Positions 7,999 to 15,640 of a stretch of 30,852 bases of DNA are shown one piece after another (the stretch's first letter is position 1; every line of letters starts with the position of its first letter). The translations under genes were made by a program, and so were the position numbers. Under the pieces are notes generated by a model. It ran no database searches and was not told where the DNA came from. It saw nothing but the letters and a program-made list of their open reading frames with translations. This DNA comes from a virus (taxonomy: Duplodnaviria; Caudoviricetes). Location of the stretch: IMG/VR virus record IMGVR_UViG_3300014613_000077, positions 1-30,852 of that record. The stretch is one strand, 5' to 3'.

Positions 7999-9575
7999 AC
8001 TTAAGGCCGAGCCCTGGAAGTTGGGAAGAAGTAACTAACCGCCAGCAAAGATTACTAGAGCGGACTTATAAAACCTGGAGCATGGATGTTAGAAAATCAC
8101 TCAAAAAGGCTACTCTTGCCGGGTTATTAGTTCCTTCCCTTAATACCATATTCGAGGCCAAGCTAAACGAACTTAAGGATAGATTGATCTCGATTGTTCA
8201 GCAGGGGGTAGATCGAGCAGCTAGGGCTTCAGCTAAATCTCGATTTGAAACTGATTTAGTTCAGAGTGTTGTCTCCATGCAAAAGGATGATATAGCCGTA
8301 ATGGTAACTGCATCCTTAATCCCCAATATTCATGCTAAATTACTTCCTACCATTGCGACAGGGCAAGCATTGAATTCTCAACTAATGATAGAAGGATTCG
8401 GTATGGGTGAGTCGTTAATCAGCCAGTATTCGGGTGCGGCATGGGTAACTATCTTCGAGGTTCAAAAGTCGCTAGGATTGCAACGTGAGGCCGAGCGTCT
8501 ACACTCTGGTGGAGAGATAGAACCAGTACGATGGGTACTTGATCCTATGGCTGAACATTGCCAGCGTGGAAGCGATGGCTACTTTGGATGTCCGGAACTA
8601 GAAGGAGAATATCCTGGCGGATGGTATACATTGCCAACAGTCCCGGCCGGGAAGGTAACTTGTCGCGGGAATGCAGTTTTACCTGGTAATATCATAGATT
8701 CGAATGATGTGGAATTAGCAGCCAGATTAAGTTATACAGGTCCCGCTCTGAAATTGATTACTCAAGGTGGTGTTGAAATCGCCATTACCGCCAATCACCC
8801 TGTACTCACGCCAAAGGGTTGGCTTCGCGCGAAGTCCCTGAATGAAGGCGATTATGTAATCAATAGCACCTTCAGTAAGACGCCGATGATTATTGTCAAT
8901 GATTATCATAAGGACGTGCCAGCCCTGATTGAGAAGATATGGGACACGTTCGCGGTAGTATCTGGAATCTATACTAGTCCACTTTCGCCCATTATGGCCG
9001 ATGATTTCCACGGCGATGGGAGGTTCTTGGATGGCGATGTCAAGATTGTATTTCCCGATAGCCAATTGAGGGATAAAACTAATTCCAATCAGTTCCAATC
9101 CGGAAATGATAGCCCGTTCAGTGAAGGATTGCTGGCTACAAGACCGCTGACGGCTGCTGGCTCTTTTATGAAGATCAATAGGGCTTCGCTTGCTACCGCG
9201 GATAGCCGTATGATAAGAAGCGATTTGGTTAATCCTTTGTTCGGGCGTCATTTTCGACCACTTAAGCTTTTCGGATTCGCTTTGAGTCCGAAGGTGAATT
9301 CCCTGTCTTTTGAGTGCATGGGCGATAACCCCGCGGCTTATCCCCAAATTACCCGACAACTTCAAGAGGCTTTCACTCGATTGGTAACGCTGGATAAGAT
9401 TACCAATATCATCAAATTCAACTATTCTGGCCATGCTTACGACCTTCAAACTTCTAGTGGTTATTATCTGGCTAACATTATATCACAACGACAGGGGATT
9501 ATTTTATCTAATTGCCGTTGTCACATTGAAGTCTTTCGCGATGGTAAATGGAAACGTGGAGTTTATGATGATTAA
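7995..9575 (+). CDS. MuF-like minor head protein containing an intein (526-aa precursor, predicted 246-aa spliced product)
   Basis: Follows the portal gene; VRW......EHC...C.EL.G motif; removing residues 227-506 restores the MuF-type C-terminus VTCRGNCRCHI. Confidence 0.85.
   Translation: MNLRPSPGSWEEVTNRQQRLLERTYKTWSMDVRKSLKKATLAGLLVPSLNTIFEAKLNELKDRLISIVQQGVDRAARASAKSRFETDLVQSVVSMQKDDIAVMVTASLIPNIHAKLLPTIATGQALNSQLMIEGFGMGESLISQYSGAAWVTIFEVQKSLGLQREAERLHSGGEIEPVRWVLDPMAEHCQRGSDGYFGCPELEGEYPGGWYTLPTVPAGKVTCRGNAVLPGNIIDSNDVELAARLSYTGPALKLITQGGVEIAITANHPVLTPKGWLRAKSLNEGDYVINSTFSKTPMIIVNDYHKDVPALIEKIWDTFAVVSGIYTSPLSPIMADDFHGDGRFLDGDVKIVFPDSQLRDKTNSNQFQSGNDSPFSEGLLATRPLTAAGSFMKINRASLATADSRMIRSDLVNPLFGRHFRPLKLFGFALSPKVNSLSFECMGDNPAAYPQITRQLQEAFTRLVTLDKITNIIKFNYSGHAYDLQTSSGYYLANIISQRQGIILSNCRCHIEVFRDGKWKRGVYDD
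8727..9434 (-). CDS. HTH + DUF559/Vsr-like PD-(D/E)xK endonuclease, putative homing endonuclease nested antisense in the intein
   Basis: N-terminal HTH (RYQSSESLLKLSGNLGISRGVIAHALKRQGI), basic linker, then S.TE...L...GI.F..Q..IGKY.LD...IAVEI.G...R..YL..QGW.VL; ATG at 9434 with GAAGGT 7 nt upstream (track start 9449 is a TTG). Confidence 0.8.
   Translation of the reverse strand: MARIVEFDDIGNLIQRYQSSESLLKLSGNLGISRGVIAHALKRQGIHLRTQSESEKLKWSKMTPEQRINQIASYHTAIRGSKRSPIDLHKRASSRQRSCSQQSFTERAIISGLELIGISFIPQLAIGKYNLDIAIQEPPIAVEIIGHNGRKWTSIDSRYYRERVPYLLNQGWHVLMIIIDNNHRRLTEGAIDYIIAFIQGLRAKPTLWREYRVIGGNGDFNTTLSNQFQSGTCIT
9477..9485 (-). promoter_or_regulatory. Extended -10 promoter TGATATAAT driving the antisense endonuclease
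   Basis: Reverse complement of attatatca (9477-9485) is a perfect TGnTATAAT, about 42 nt upstream of the ATG at 9434; no clear -35. Confidence 0.7.
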
Positions 9576-9777
9576 TCGTTTCAGCGAGAGGAAAGACGGA
9601 GTATACAGTATCTATTGCGATTGCTGTGGGAGAGAAAAGCTGGCTGAGATTAGGGATAACAAATTAGTTATCATGGATCGACGGCATGGAAAGAGACATA
9701 TTACGGTTATTAATATCAGGGAACTAAACGAGCTATCGAACGATAGACTATTGACAAATACCAGTTCTCATATATAA
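9568..9777 (+). CDS. Small Zn-binding protein, Mu Com-like
   Basis: CDCCG.EKLAEI....LVI..RRH...H resembles Com (CxxCxxxLA...IxCxR); ATG at 9568 with GGAG SD is more plausible than track start 9433. Confidence 0.6.
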   Translation: MINRFSERKDGVYSIYCDCCGREKLAEIRDNKLVIMDRRHGKRHITVINIRELNELSNDRLLTNTSSHI

Positions 9778-9778
9778 T
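9751..9778 (+). promoter_or_regulatory. Consensus sigma70 promoter for the capsid operon
   Basis: TTGACA (9751-9756), 16 nt, TATAAT (9773-9778). Confidence 0.8.
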
Positions 9779-9835
9779 AGGAATTAGGTATATTACGTAA
9801 TCTAGGCGGATAACCGCCTTATACAGGCAAGAGAT

Positions 9836-9878
9836 TAGCCCCGTTGGGTAGAAAACTGCTCGGCGGGGTTATTTTTTT
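9836..9878 (+). terminator. Intrinsic terminator / attenuator hairpin
   Basis: TAGCCCCGTTGGGTAG-AAAA-CTGCTCGGCGGGGTTA stem (several G-U pairs) followed by T7. Confidence 0.75.
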
Positions 9879-9914
9879 AGGAGCTCGACAAATGGGAAAG
9901 AAAGATTAAGGAAA

Positions 9915-11321
9915 ATGAGTCCATTCGGCCCATATAAAGATTTTGCGGATTGTATCTCTCGAAATGGTGATAAGGCTTCACCAGAAGGCTTTTGCGCTTG
10001 GCTAGAACATCGAATTACCGGACAGTGGCCTGGGGAAATGTCTTGTAGTGCGATGCCCGGGGAATTGTTTCAGGTATTTGTTGAGGCATACGAAGTAAAG
10101 CGCAATGAGGGGGCGGATGATCGGGATGCTTATGATTCTGCGGTAAAGCATCTTGAATCCATGGGTTGGGTAAATACTCAACGGGGATGGTCTAAGTTAA
10201 TCGGATCGCAGATGCAGGCCCCGGAATTAAAAACCATCTCTAATGTTAAGATTTTCAGCACAGGAGAACATACCGATTCTATGGGTATAACTCGAAAGTG
10301 GGATAAGGCGAAGCTGGATAAAATGGTAGATGCCTTTATCGCCAATGTGCCAATTATAGTCTCATTAAAAGCAGGGCATACCGCAGATTCGTTTAATCGG
10401 GAAATCGCCAAGAAGCTAAGCGTTCCGGTAGAAATAATTACCGGAGATGGTGGCAAGGGGCAATGTTCATTAGGCCGGATGTCTAAACTGGAAAGAAAAG
10501 GCGATCTTCTAATTGCTTCCTTTGAGAATGTTCCAGAACCTATCGCCAACCTGATCGAGTCAGGGATGTATTCAACTGTAAGTGTAGAAATAGAAGAAAG
10601 CGTTGGCGATTTTGAGTTTGTGATTACCGATGTAGCTCTTTTAGGAGTTGAAGAACCAGCGGTTAAAGCTGCCAGATTAGATCGGGTTAATGTCTTCGGA
10701 GCCCCGAGAAAGGGAGCAATCGTATTTTCAGAATCTAAAGATAGCCTACAAAATAATCAGGAGGGAAATGTGGAAGAAATTAAAGCTATCGCAAAAGGGC
10801 TAGGACTTCCAGAGACGGCTACTCTAGAAGAAATCTTAGCTGCCATTGCCAGTCTGATAGAACAGACCACGAAGATGCCTGAAGCCATGAAGGAGTTTTC
10901 CAGCATGAAGGAAACGCTAAAAACCCAGGCAGAGATGATTAAGCGTTTCGAGCATCAGCAGAGAGTGGAGAGTTATCTTAAGATAACATCTGCCTTTAGT
11001 GCCATTCAGGGGAAGCCTGAAGATATGGCAAAAGAATTAGCCGAGGTCGAGGAAAAAGCCGGGAAGGAAATAGCTGATAAGATAGTTGCCAGCTATCAGG
11101 CTGCTAATACCGCATCACAGGCAGCCTTAAAGGTCATTGGCAGCACGAAGCCGGGGCAGAAATCGGATATCAAAAATACCCACGCCTTTGCCAAGAAAGT
11201 TGAAGCTAGGGCTGGCGAGAAGAAGATATCCTTCCCGGAAGCCTTGGTACAGCTTCAGATTGAGGACCCGGCTGGATATCGCGAATATTACAGAGCTGTA
11301 AGCGATGAGAGGGAGGAATAA
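9915..11321 (+). CDS. Head maturation protease/scaffold (Mu gpI-like) with N-terminal Cys and ChaB-like domains
   Basis: IF.TG.H, K.GH, Y..VSVE and VALLG...PAV protease motifs; helical C-terminal scaffold region; upstream of the capsid gene. Confidence 0.85.
   Translation: MSPFGPYKDFADCISRNGDKASPEGFCAWLEHRITGQWPGEMSCSAMPGELFQVFVEAYEVKRNEGADDRDAYDSAVKHLESMGWVNTQRGWSKLIGSQMQAPELKTISNVKIFSTGEHTDSMGITRKWDKAKLDKMVDAFIANVPIIVSLKAGHTADSFNREIAKKLSVPVEIITGDGGKGQCSLGRMSKLERKGDLLIASFENVPEPIANLIESGMYSTVSVEIEESVGDFEFVITDVALLGVEEPAVKAARLDRVNVFGAPRKGAIVFSESKDSLQNNQEGNVEEIKAIAKGLGLPETATLEEILAAIASLIEQTTKMPEAMKEFSSMKETLKTQAEMIKRFEHQQRVESYLKITSAFSAIQGKPEDMAKELAEVEEKAGKEIADKIVASYQAANTASQAALKVIGSTKPGQKSDIKNTHAFAKKVEARAGEKKISFPEALVQLQIEDPAGYREYYRAVSDEREE
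10770..11321 (+). CDS. Nested in-frame scaffolding protein (Mu gpZ-like internal start)
   Basis: AGGAGG at 10759-10764, 5 nt before an in-frame GTG, at the protease/scaffold boundary (VEEIKAIAKGLGLPETAT). Confidence 0.65.
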   Translation: MEEIKAIAKGLGLPETATLEEILAAIASLIEQTTKMPEAMKEFSSMKETLKTQAEMIKRFEHQQRVESYLKITSAFSAIQGKPEDMAKELAEVEEKAGKEIADKIVASYQAANTASQAALKVIGSTKPGQKSDIKNTHAFAKKVEARAGEKKISFPEALVQLQIEDPAGYREYYRAVSDEREE

Positions 11322-11327
11322 AAGAAC

Positions 11328-11732
11328 ATGGGAAACATGGTTGATAACTTCATAGCAATCCCGGGGCTTAAGGCCAGTGGTACTGTGGTTCAATACCGGG
11401 CTGTGAAAATGGATTCTACAGCCTTACAGGTGGTAGCGATATCAAATGCTAATGCACCAGATAGGCCAATAGGAATTCTGCAAAATGATCCGGCATCCGG
11501 TGAGGCTGCGGAAGTAGCTTACTGCGGGGTATGTAAGGCTGAATATGGCGACAATGTATCTGTAGGGGACAGCCTTTCCTTGGATAATAATGGAAAGCTA
11601 ATTACCGATGCTGTTGTTGCCGCCCAGGATGGGGTTGACCTGTATCATGTTGCTCTGGCACTTGAAGCCGGAGCCGATACCGAGGTCCATTCGGTCTTAC
11701 TTTATCCTGCTCAGCCAATAGGCAAGGAATAA
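11328..11732 (+). CDS. Capsid cement / head decoration protein (DUF2190-like)
   Basis: YRAVK, PIGILQN.P..GE.A.V...G, and ALE.G motifs; directly before the capsid gene. Confidence 0.8.
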   Translation: MGNMVDNFIAIPGLKASGTVVQYRAVKMDSTALQVVAISNANAPDRPIGILQNDPASGEAAEVAYCGVCKAEYGDNVSVGDSLSLDNNGKLITDAVVAAQDGVDLYHVALALEAGADTEVHSVLLYPAQPIGKE

Positions 11733-11754
11733 GAGTGAGGGAGGATAACGAGAA

Positions 11755-12711
11755 ATGCCATTACCAACTATTAAAGATGTAAGAGTTGTCGATCCGGTAT
11801 TAACTGATCTTAGTATCGGATTCAAAAACAAACGCTTTCTATGGGATCAGATAGCACCTATAGCTAAGAGGGATCAGCAATCAGGAACATTCTTTATCTA
11901 TACCCGTGATTACTGGTTCAGGCGATTAGCCGGCGCTATGAGAGCACCCGGTGGGCCATATACCCGGGTTGGATATGGGGTAAGCACATCTACTTATTCC
12001 ACTAAGGAACGTGGCTTTGAGAAACCACTGGATGATTCGATTAGGAATGCCAGCCAAACACCGGAAGATGTTGCAGTAACTGATACCAAGTTCCTTACTA
12101 ATTTACTTGAGCTAGAACTGGAGAAGGATGTTGCCGCCGGGATGTTTGTTACTAGTGTGTGGGGAACAACTACAACCTTAACCGGGACTAACCAGTGGAG
12201 CGATTTTGATAACTCTGATCCGATTGCCAATGCGGATACCGCGAAGCGGACTATCCGGCGTAATACTGGAGCAGAGCCTAATATCTTGTTTGTGGGTGCC
12301 TTGGCCTGGGAAAAGTTGAAGGAACATCCCCTTATTCTCGATAAATATAAGCACACACAAAAGGGAATTATGACTCCAGAATTGGTTGCTGCAGTTCTTG
12401 GGGTTGAATCCCTAGTAGTGGGCGATTCTATCGAGAATACGGCAGCAGAGAAAACGCCAGGTACGGCTTCCTTTACCGGGGCTGATATCTGGACTGATAA
12501 TGCCCTGTTTCTGGTAAGGAATAATCCGACTCTTGAAGTCGCTACCGGTGCCTTTACCTTTATATGGGATGAAGTCGGTAACGTACCCTGGGCGGTTCAG
12601 AAGTACCGGGATGAGAATGTAAGGTCAGATGTAACCCGTGTGTTTACTCACTATGATCCTAAGATAGTGAGCTCACAGCATGGGTATATCTACCTTGATT
12701 GCGTAGCTTAA
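11755..12711 (+). CDS. Major capsid protein (HK97 fold)
   Basis: VDPVLT.LS.G, W.D..NSDP, L..HP.I and terminal GY...DCV motifs; SD GGAGG; position in head module. Confidence 0.9.
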   Translation: MPLPTIKDVRVVDPVLTDLSIGFKNKRFLWDQIAPIAKRDQQSGTFFIYTRDYWFRRLAGAMRAPGGPYTRVGYGVSTSTYSTKERGFEKPLDDSIRNASQTPEDVAVTDTKFLTNLLELELEKDVAAGMFVTSVWGTTTTLTGTNQWSDFDNSDPIANADTAKRTIRRNTGAEPNILFVGALAWEKLKEHPLILDKYKHTQKGIMTPELVAAVLGVESLVVGDSIENTAAEKTPGTASFTGADIWTDNALFLVRNNPTLEVATGAFTFIWDEVGNVPWAVQKYRDENVRSDVTRVFTHYDPKIVSSQHGYIYLDCVA

Positions 12712-12728
12712 GAAAAGGAGAAAGGGTG

Positions 12729-13142
12729 ATGTCATACGAGGCTTATCGAGTTCGCAAGAGATTTGGATGGGGCGGATGGGAGTTTGCCCCGGCCGGAGAT
12801 TGTCAGTGTTCGCAGGAGGCGAATTCACCATGCCAGGAAAGCGGGTGCGCTGGCCAGGTAGGAACGGGATGTAAGGCGTGTCCACCGGAAGTATGCCGAT
12901 GTGCCTGCAATATACCGATAGAGCGATATGGTGGGGATGTGTGGATAGTTCAAGCAGGGCATCCGAGAAAGGATATTATGCTTGCCAATCGCTTTGCGGT
13001 AGGCGATGCGAGTTTGCCTCCTGTTGAAGAACTGTTGAAACAGATAGAGTTTCAAAGGTTACTCCAGCCTCCGAAAATAACACCGAGTAAGAGTCCAAAG
13101 ATAACGAGAAAGGCTTCTCCTGCTGGAATAGTGAGGGTGTAA
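12729..13142 (+). CDS. Cys-rich hypothetical protein
   Basis: ATG at 12729 with AGGAG SD; 9 Cys within 36 residues. Confidence 0.75.
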   Translation: MSYEAYRVRKRFGWGGWEFAPAGDCQCSQEANSPCQESGCAGQVGTGCKACPPEVCRCACNIPIERYGGDVWIVQAGHPRKDIMLANRFAVGDASLPPVEELLKQIEFQRLLQPPKITPSKSPKITRKASPAGIVRV

Positions 13143-13160
13143 TAACAGGGGAGGAACTAA

Positions 13161-15536
13161 ATGGCAGACTCTAGTTTATTAACTGCTTCATCTCAAAGAA
13201 ACCTTCTTAGGTTCTTGAAGCAGGTTAAATCAGCCTTCAATACTACAACTGGGCATGATCACGATGGGACTAACTCCAAAGCTATTTCAGCATCGGTAAC
13301 TTATGGGGTTGCCGGGGAAATGGCAGCAGCGGGGATTGGCGCTGCTAATGCAGCCGGATCAACTGCTAAATCCGCGAGAATCGATCATGTTCACGCGATT
13401 AACTATGGCTTGGTAGGAAGCATGGCCGCGGCCGGGACCGGGACCGCAAATGCGGTAGGGACTGGCGAGACATTAGCCCGGATTGATCACGTTCATGCTT
13501 TAGGGACTCACGATCATAGCGGGGCAACTAAAGGTGGACAGATCGGGCCCACTGCGTTTGCTGCTGACGCCTTTACCGCCGATGCTGCGGGGCGAGCACC
13601 GTTTCAGGATGGCATTTGGCCTGCGGCGAAACTAGCTAATGGCTGTCTTAGCGCGGATGCAACTGGAAGGGCCAAAGTAGCTGCCGCATTCTTTGGAGCT
13701 GGCGATGCGACATCTAGGGCGATATTCGCTGATCTTTTTATGGACTCAACCTTCTGTGCAGCCAAGATAGCCGATAATGCGATTCCCGGCTCAAAGGTAA
13801 ACTGGAGCTATGGGGTAACTCCGGGGAATATAGCGCCGGATGATACTGCTGCTGGAGGCTCAAGTGCTCAAGTAGCCCGAATTGATCATACTCACGGCAT
13901 AACCTGTGCTGCACCTTCGGCCGGGCTTGCTGCTGCGGATGCGGAAGGAGCTGCGACTTCATTTGCCAGATCAAACCACGTTCACAAAGCAACGATAACT
14001 GATGCAGTAGACTTTACCTTTGGTGCTTCGGATGATGCGGTTATCAGGTGGAGTACAGGCGATGCGTCAAATCATAGTTTTGTGATAGGTCTTGCTGATG
14101 CCAACCAGGCAGTACATATCACTGATAAAACGGCGGTAGCTACTGACTGGGACGTAGTAGCAGATACACATCCATCGCTATACATTCACTCAGATACAAC
14201 CCCGGCTACGGACTACATCAAGATATGGCACGATGCCACGGACGGATTTATCGATTCAGCTAGTGGCAATCTAGTGCTTATGGCAGGAGGCGCGGAGCTG
14301 GTTAGCATTGAAACAGGTACGGTAGTGTTTAATGAAGCTTCGGCGGATGTGGATTATCGCGTTGAGTCCAATGATAGGGCGTATGCCTTATATATTGATG
14401 GTGCTAAGAACGCGATTGTGATGGGTTCAAATACCGATACTTCGGATGTTGACAAAATGGTTTTCATCAATCGGGTTGCCCATACCGGAAGCGATGCCAA
14501 TACCTCATATGCTGACCTGTGGGTAGCGCCTGGTGGAGCCTACACAACGGCTAATAATACTCGTACCTATGCGGTAATAGCTACTGCCTACTTTGGCGAG
14601 CCAAACATCACTAAGGGCGGTACTGATACCATCACAGAAGCAGCCACGGTTTACATCGCTGGTGCGCCAACGGAAGGATCAGCTAACTGGGCATTAAGGG
14701 TTGCAGCTGGTGGAGTGAGTTTTGCTTCTACTCTGGTTTGCGGCGGCGCGATAACGGCTTCGGCTGGTATCGGCTTTGCTGATCAGTCAATCAGTGGTAC
14801 TACTGGCAACCTGACAATGAGCGGTGCCGGCTATGTCTCCATCGGGGCTAGCCCGGCAGCTTCCGGTTATCTTAGATTACCCAATGCTGGTGTATTGGCA
14901 TGGAGAAATCAGGCTGGCGATGGCGATATATCGGCGCTATCGGTAGATACTGCTAACGATGTGCTGGTGGGAGCTGATTTGCAGCTAGGCGGGAATGCCC
15001 TTCTGGGTAACTCAGCAGCCAACGGTGATCTGACTTTAACGACTACCACGAGTGGTACAAAAACTACCTCATACATTTTACCGGGGCAGATGATAGATGC
15101 TTCAGTAGGATCAATCGTTATCCGAACCAAAGCGGGAGCGCCGGGTGATGGTGAGGCTGGAGCGACTGATATTGATGGGGAGCTTGCTTTCGATACTACG
15201 AATCATAGATTCTACTTTCGTGAAGGTGGGGCCTGGCATTATGTAGATCGTACAGCAGGCTTTGGTATCCCAACCTGGGAGCAGAACTGCCCGGTATGCG
15301 GTGAGTCGATTTTACTTGGCGATGCAGTTAGCGGTGTGATTGATAAAATCAACGCTGATGGTTCTCGACATGGTTTATGGGCTCATAGCAGATGCGTTAA
15401 GGCTAAGACTGAGGGGGTTGAACTCTCGCATCTTTCAGTTGAACCGGAAATAACCGATTCTAAATCCTTCCCAAGTGCAAGAGAGCGCATGGAGAAAGGA
15501 CTAAAGAAGGTGGGCGATCAGTTAGTCCCTGCCTAG
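13161..15536 (+). CDS. Large Ala/Gly/Thr-rich fibre-like virion protein with AR.DHxH repeats
   Basis: Four AR(I/S)(D/N)HxH repeats, two further HDH motifs, beta-rich body, C-terminal CPVC...HSRC. Confidence 0.7.
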   Translation: MADSSLLTASSQRNLLRFLKQVKSAFNTTTGHDHDGTNSKAISASVTYGVAGEMAAAGIGAANAAGSTAKSARIDHVHAINYGLVGSMAAAGTGTANAVGTGETLARIDHVHALGTHDHSGATKGGQIGPTAFAADAFTADAAGRAPFQDGIWPAAKLANGCLSADATGRAKVAAAFFGAGDATSRAIFADLFMDSTFCAAKIADNAIPGSKVNWSYGVTPGNIAPDDTAAGGSSAQVARIDHTHGITCAAPSAGLAAADAEGAATSFARSNHVHKATITDAVDFTFGASDDAVIRWSTGDASNHSFVIGLADANQAVHITDKTAVATDWDVVADTHPSLYIHSDTTPATDYIKIWHDATDGFIDSASGNLVLMAGGAELVSIETGTVVFNEASADVDYRVESNDRAYALYIDGAKNAIVMGSNTDTSDVDKMVFINRVAHTGSDANTSYADLWVAPGGAYTTANNTRTYAVIATAYFGEPNITKGGTDTITEAATVYIAGAPTEGSANWALRVAAGGVSFASTLVCGGAITASAGIGFADQSISGTTGNLTMSGAGYVSIGASPAASGYLRLPNAGVLAWRNQAGDGDISALSVDTANDVLVGADLQLGGNALLGNSAANGDLTLTTTTSGTKTTSYILPGQMIDASVGSIVIRTKAGAPGDGEAGATDIDGELAFDTTNHRFYFREGGAWHYVDRTAGFGIPTWEQNCPVCGESILLGDAVSGVIDKINADGSRHGLWAHSRCVKAKTEGVELSHLSVEPEITDSKSFPSARERMEKGLKKVGDQLVPA

Positions 15537-15546
15537 ATAAAAGAAC

Positions 15547-15575
15547 AGGAGGGGGGAGAAAATCTTCCTCCTCCT
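15547..15575 (+). terminator. 13-bp hairpin after the fibre gene (terminator or mRNA-stabilising stem)
   Basis: AGGAGGGGGGAGA-AAA-TCTTCCTCCTCCT; followed by AT-rich sequence rather than a clean U-tract. Confidence 0.5.
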
Positions 15576-15640
15576 TAATAATATTAACGCCTTAACCCAG
15601 GCGTAATAACCGGGGAAAATTTTGAAGGAGGGCACATTAG

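Larger units (their letters stand above)
8673..9512 (+). mobile_element. Intein (Ala1, block B TANH, block F YDL, terminal Ser-Asn followed by Cys+1; class-2/KlbA-like)
   Basis: AVLPGNII...IAITANHPVLTPKGWLRAKSLNEGD...YSGHAYDLQTSSGYYLAN...GIILSN/C; all Hint splicing blocks are recognisable. Confidence 0.9.

Noticed and set aside
8862-9383. In-frame homing endonuclease within the intein sense frame
   Set aside because: No LAGLIDADG, HNH or GIY-YIG motif visible; 'DFHGDG' is explained as the reverse complement of IAVEI.
9433-9567. 5' extension of track ORF 9433-9777
   Set aside because: Overlaps the intein end and has no RBS; the ATG at 9568 with GGAG is more plausible.
10178-12360. Minus-strand ORFs 10178-10549, 11127-11393, 11994-12356 and 12178-12360
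   Set aside because: Antisense shadows of the protease and capsid genes; no recognisable domains or RBS.
15585-15616. Hairpin ACGCCT-TAACCC-AGGCGT with a possible CCC/GGG pseudoknot before ORF 15641
   Set aside because: The second stem is only 3 bp; cannot be supported without covariation data.
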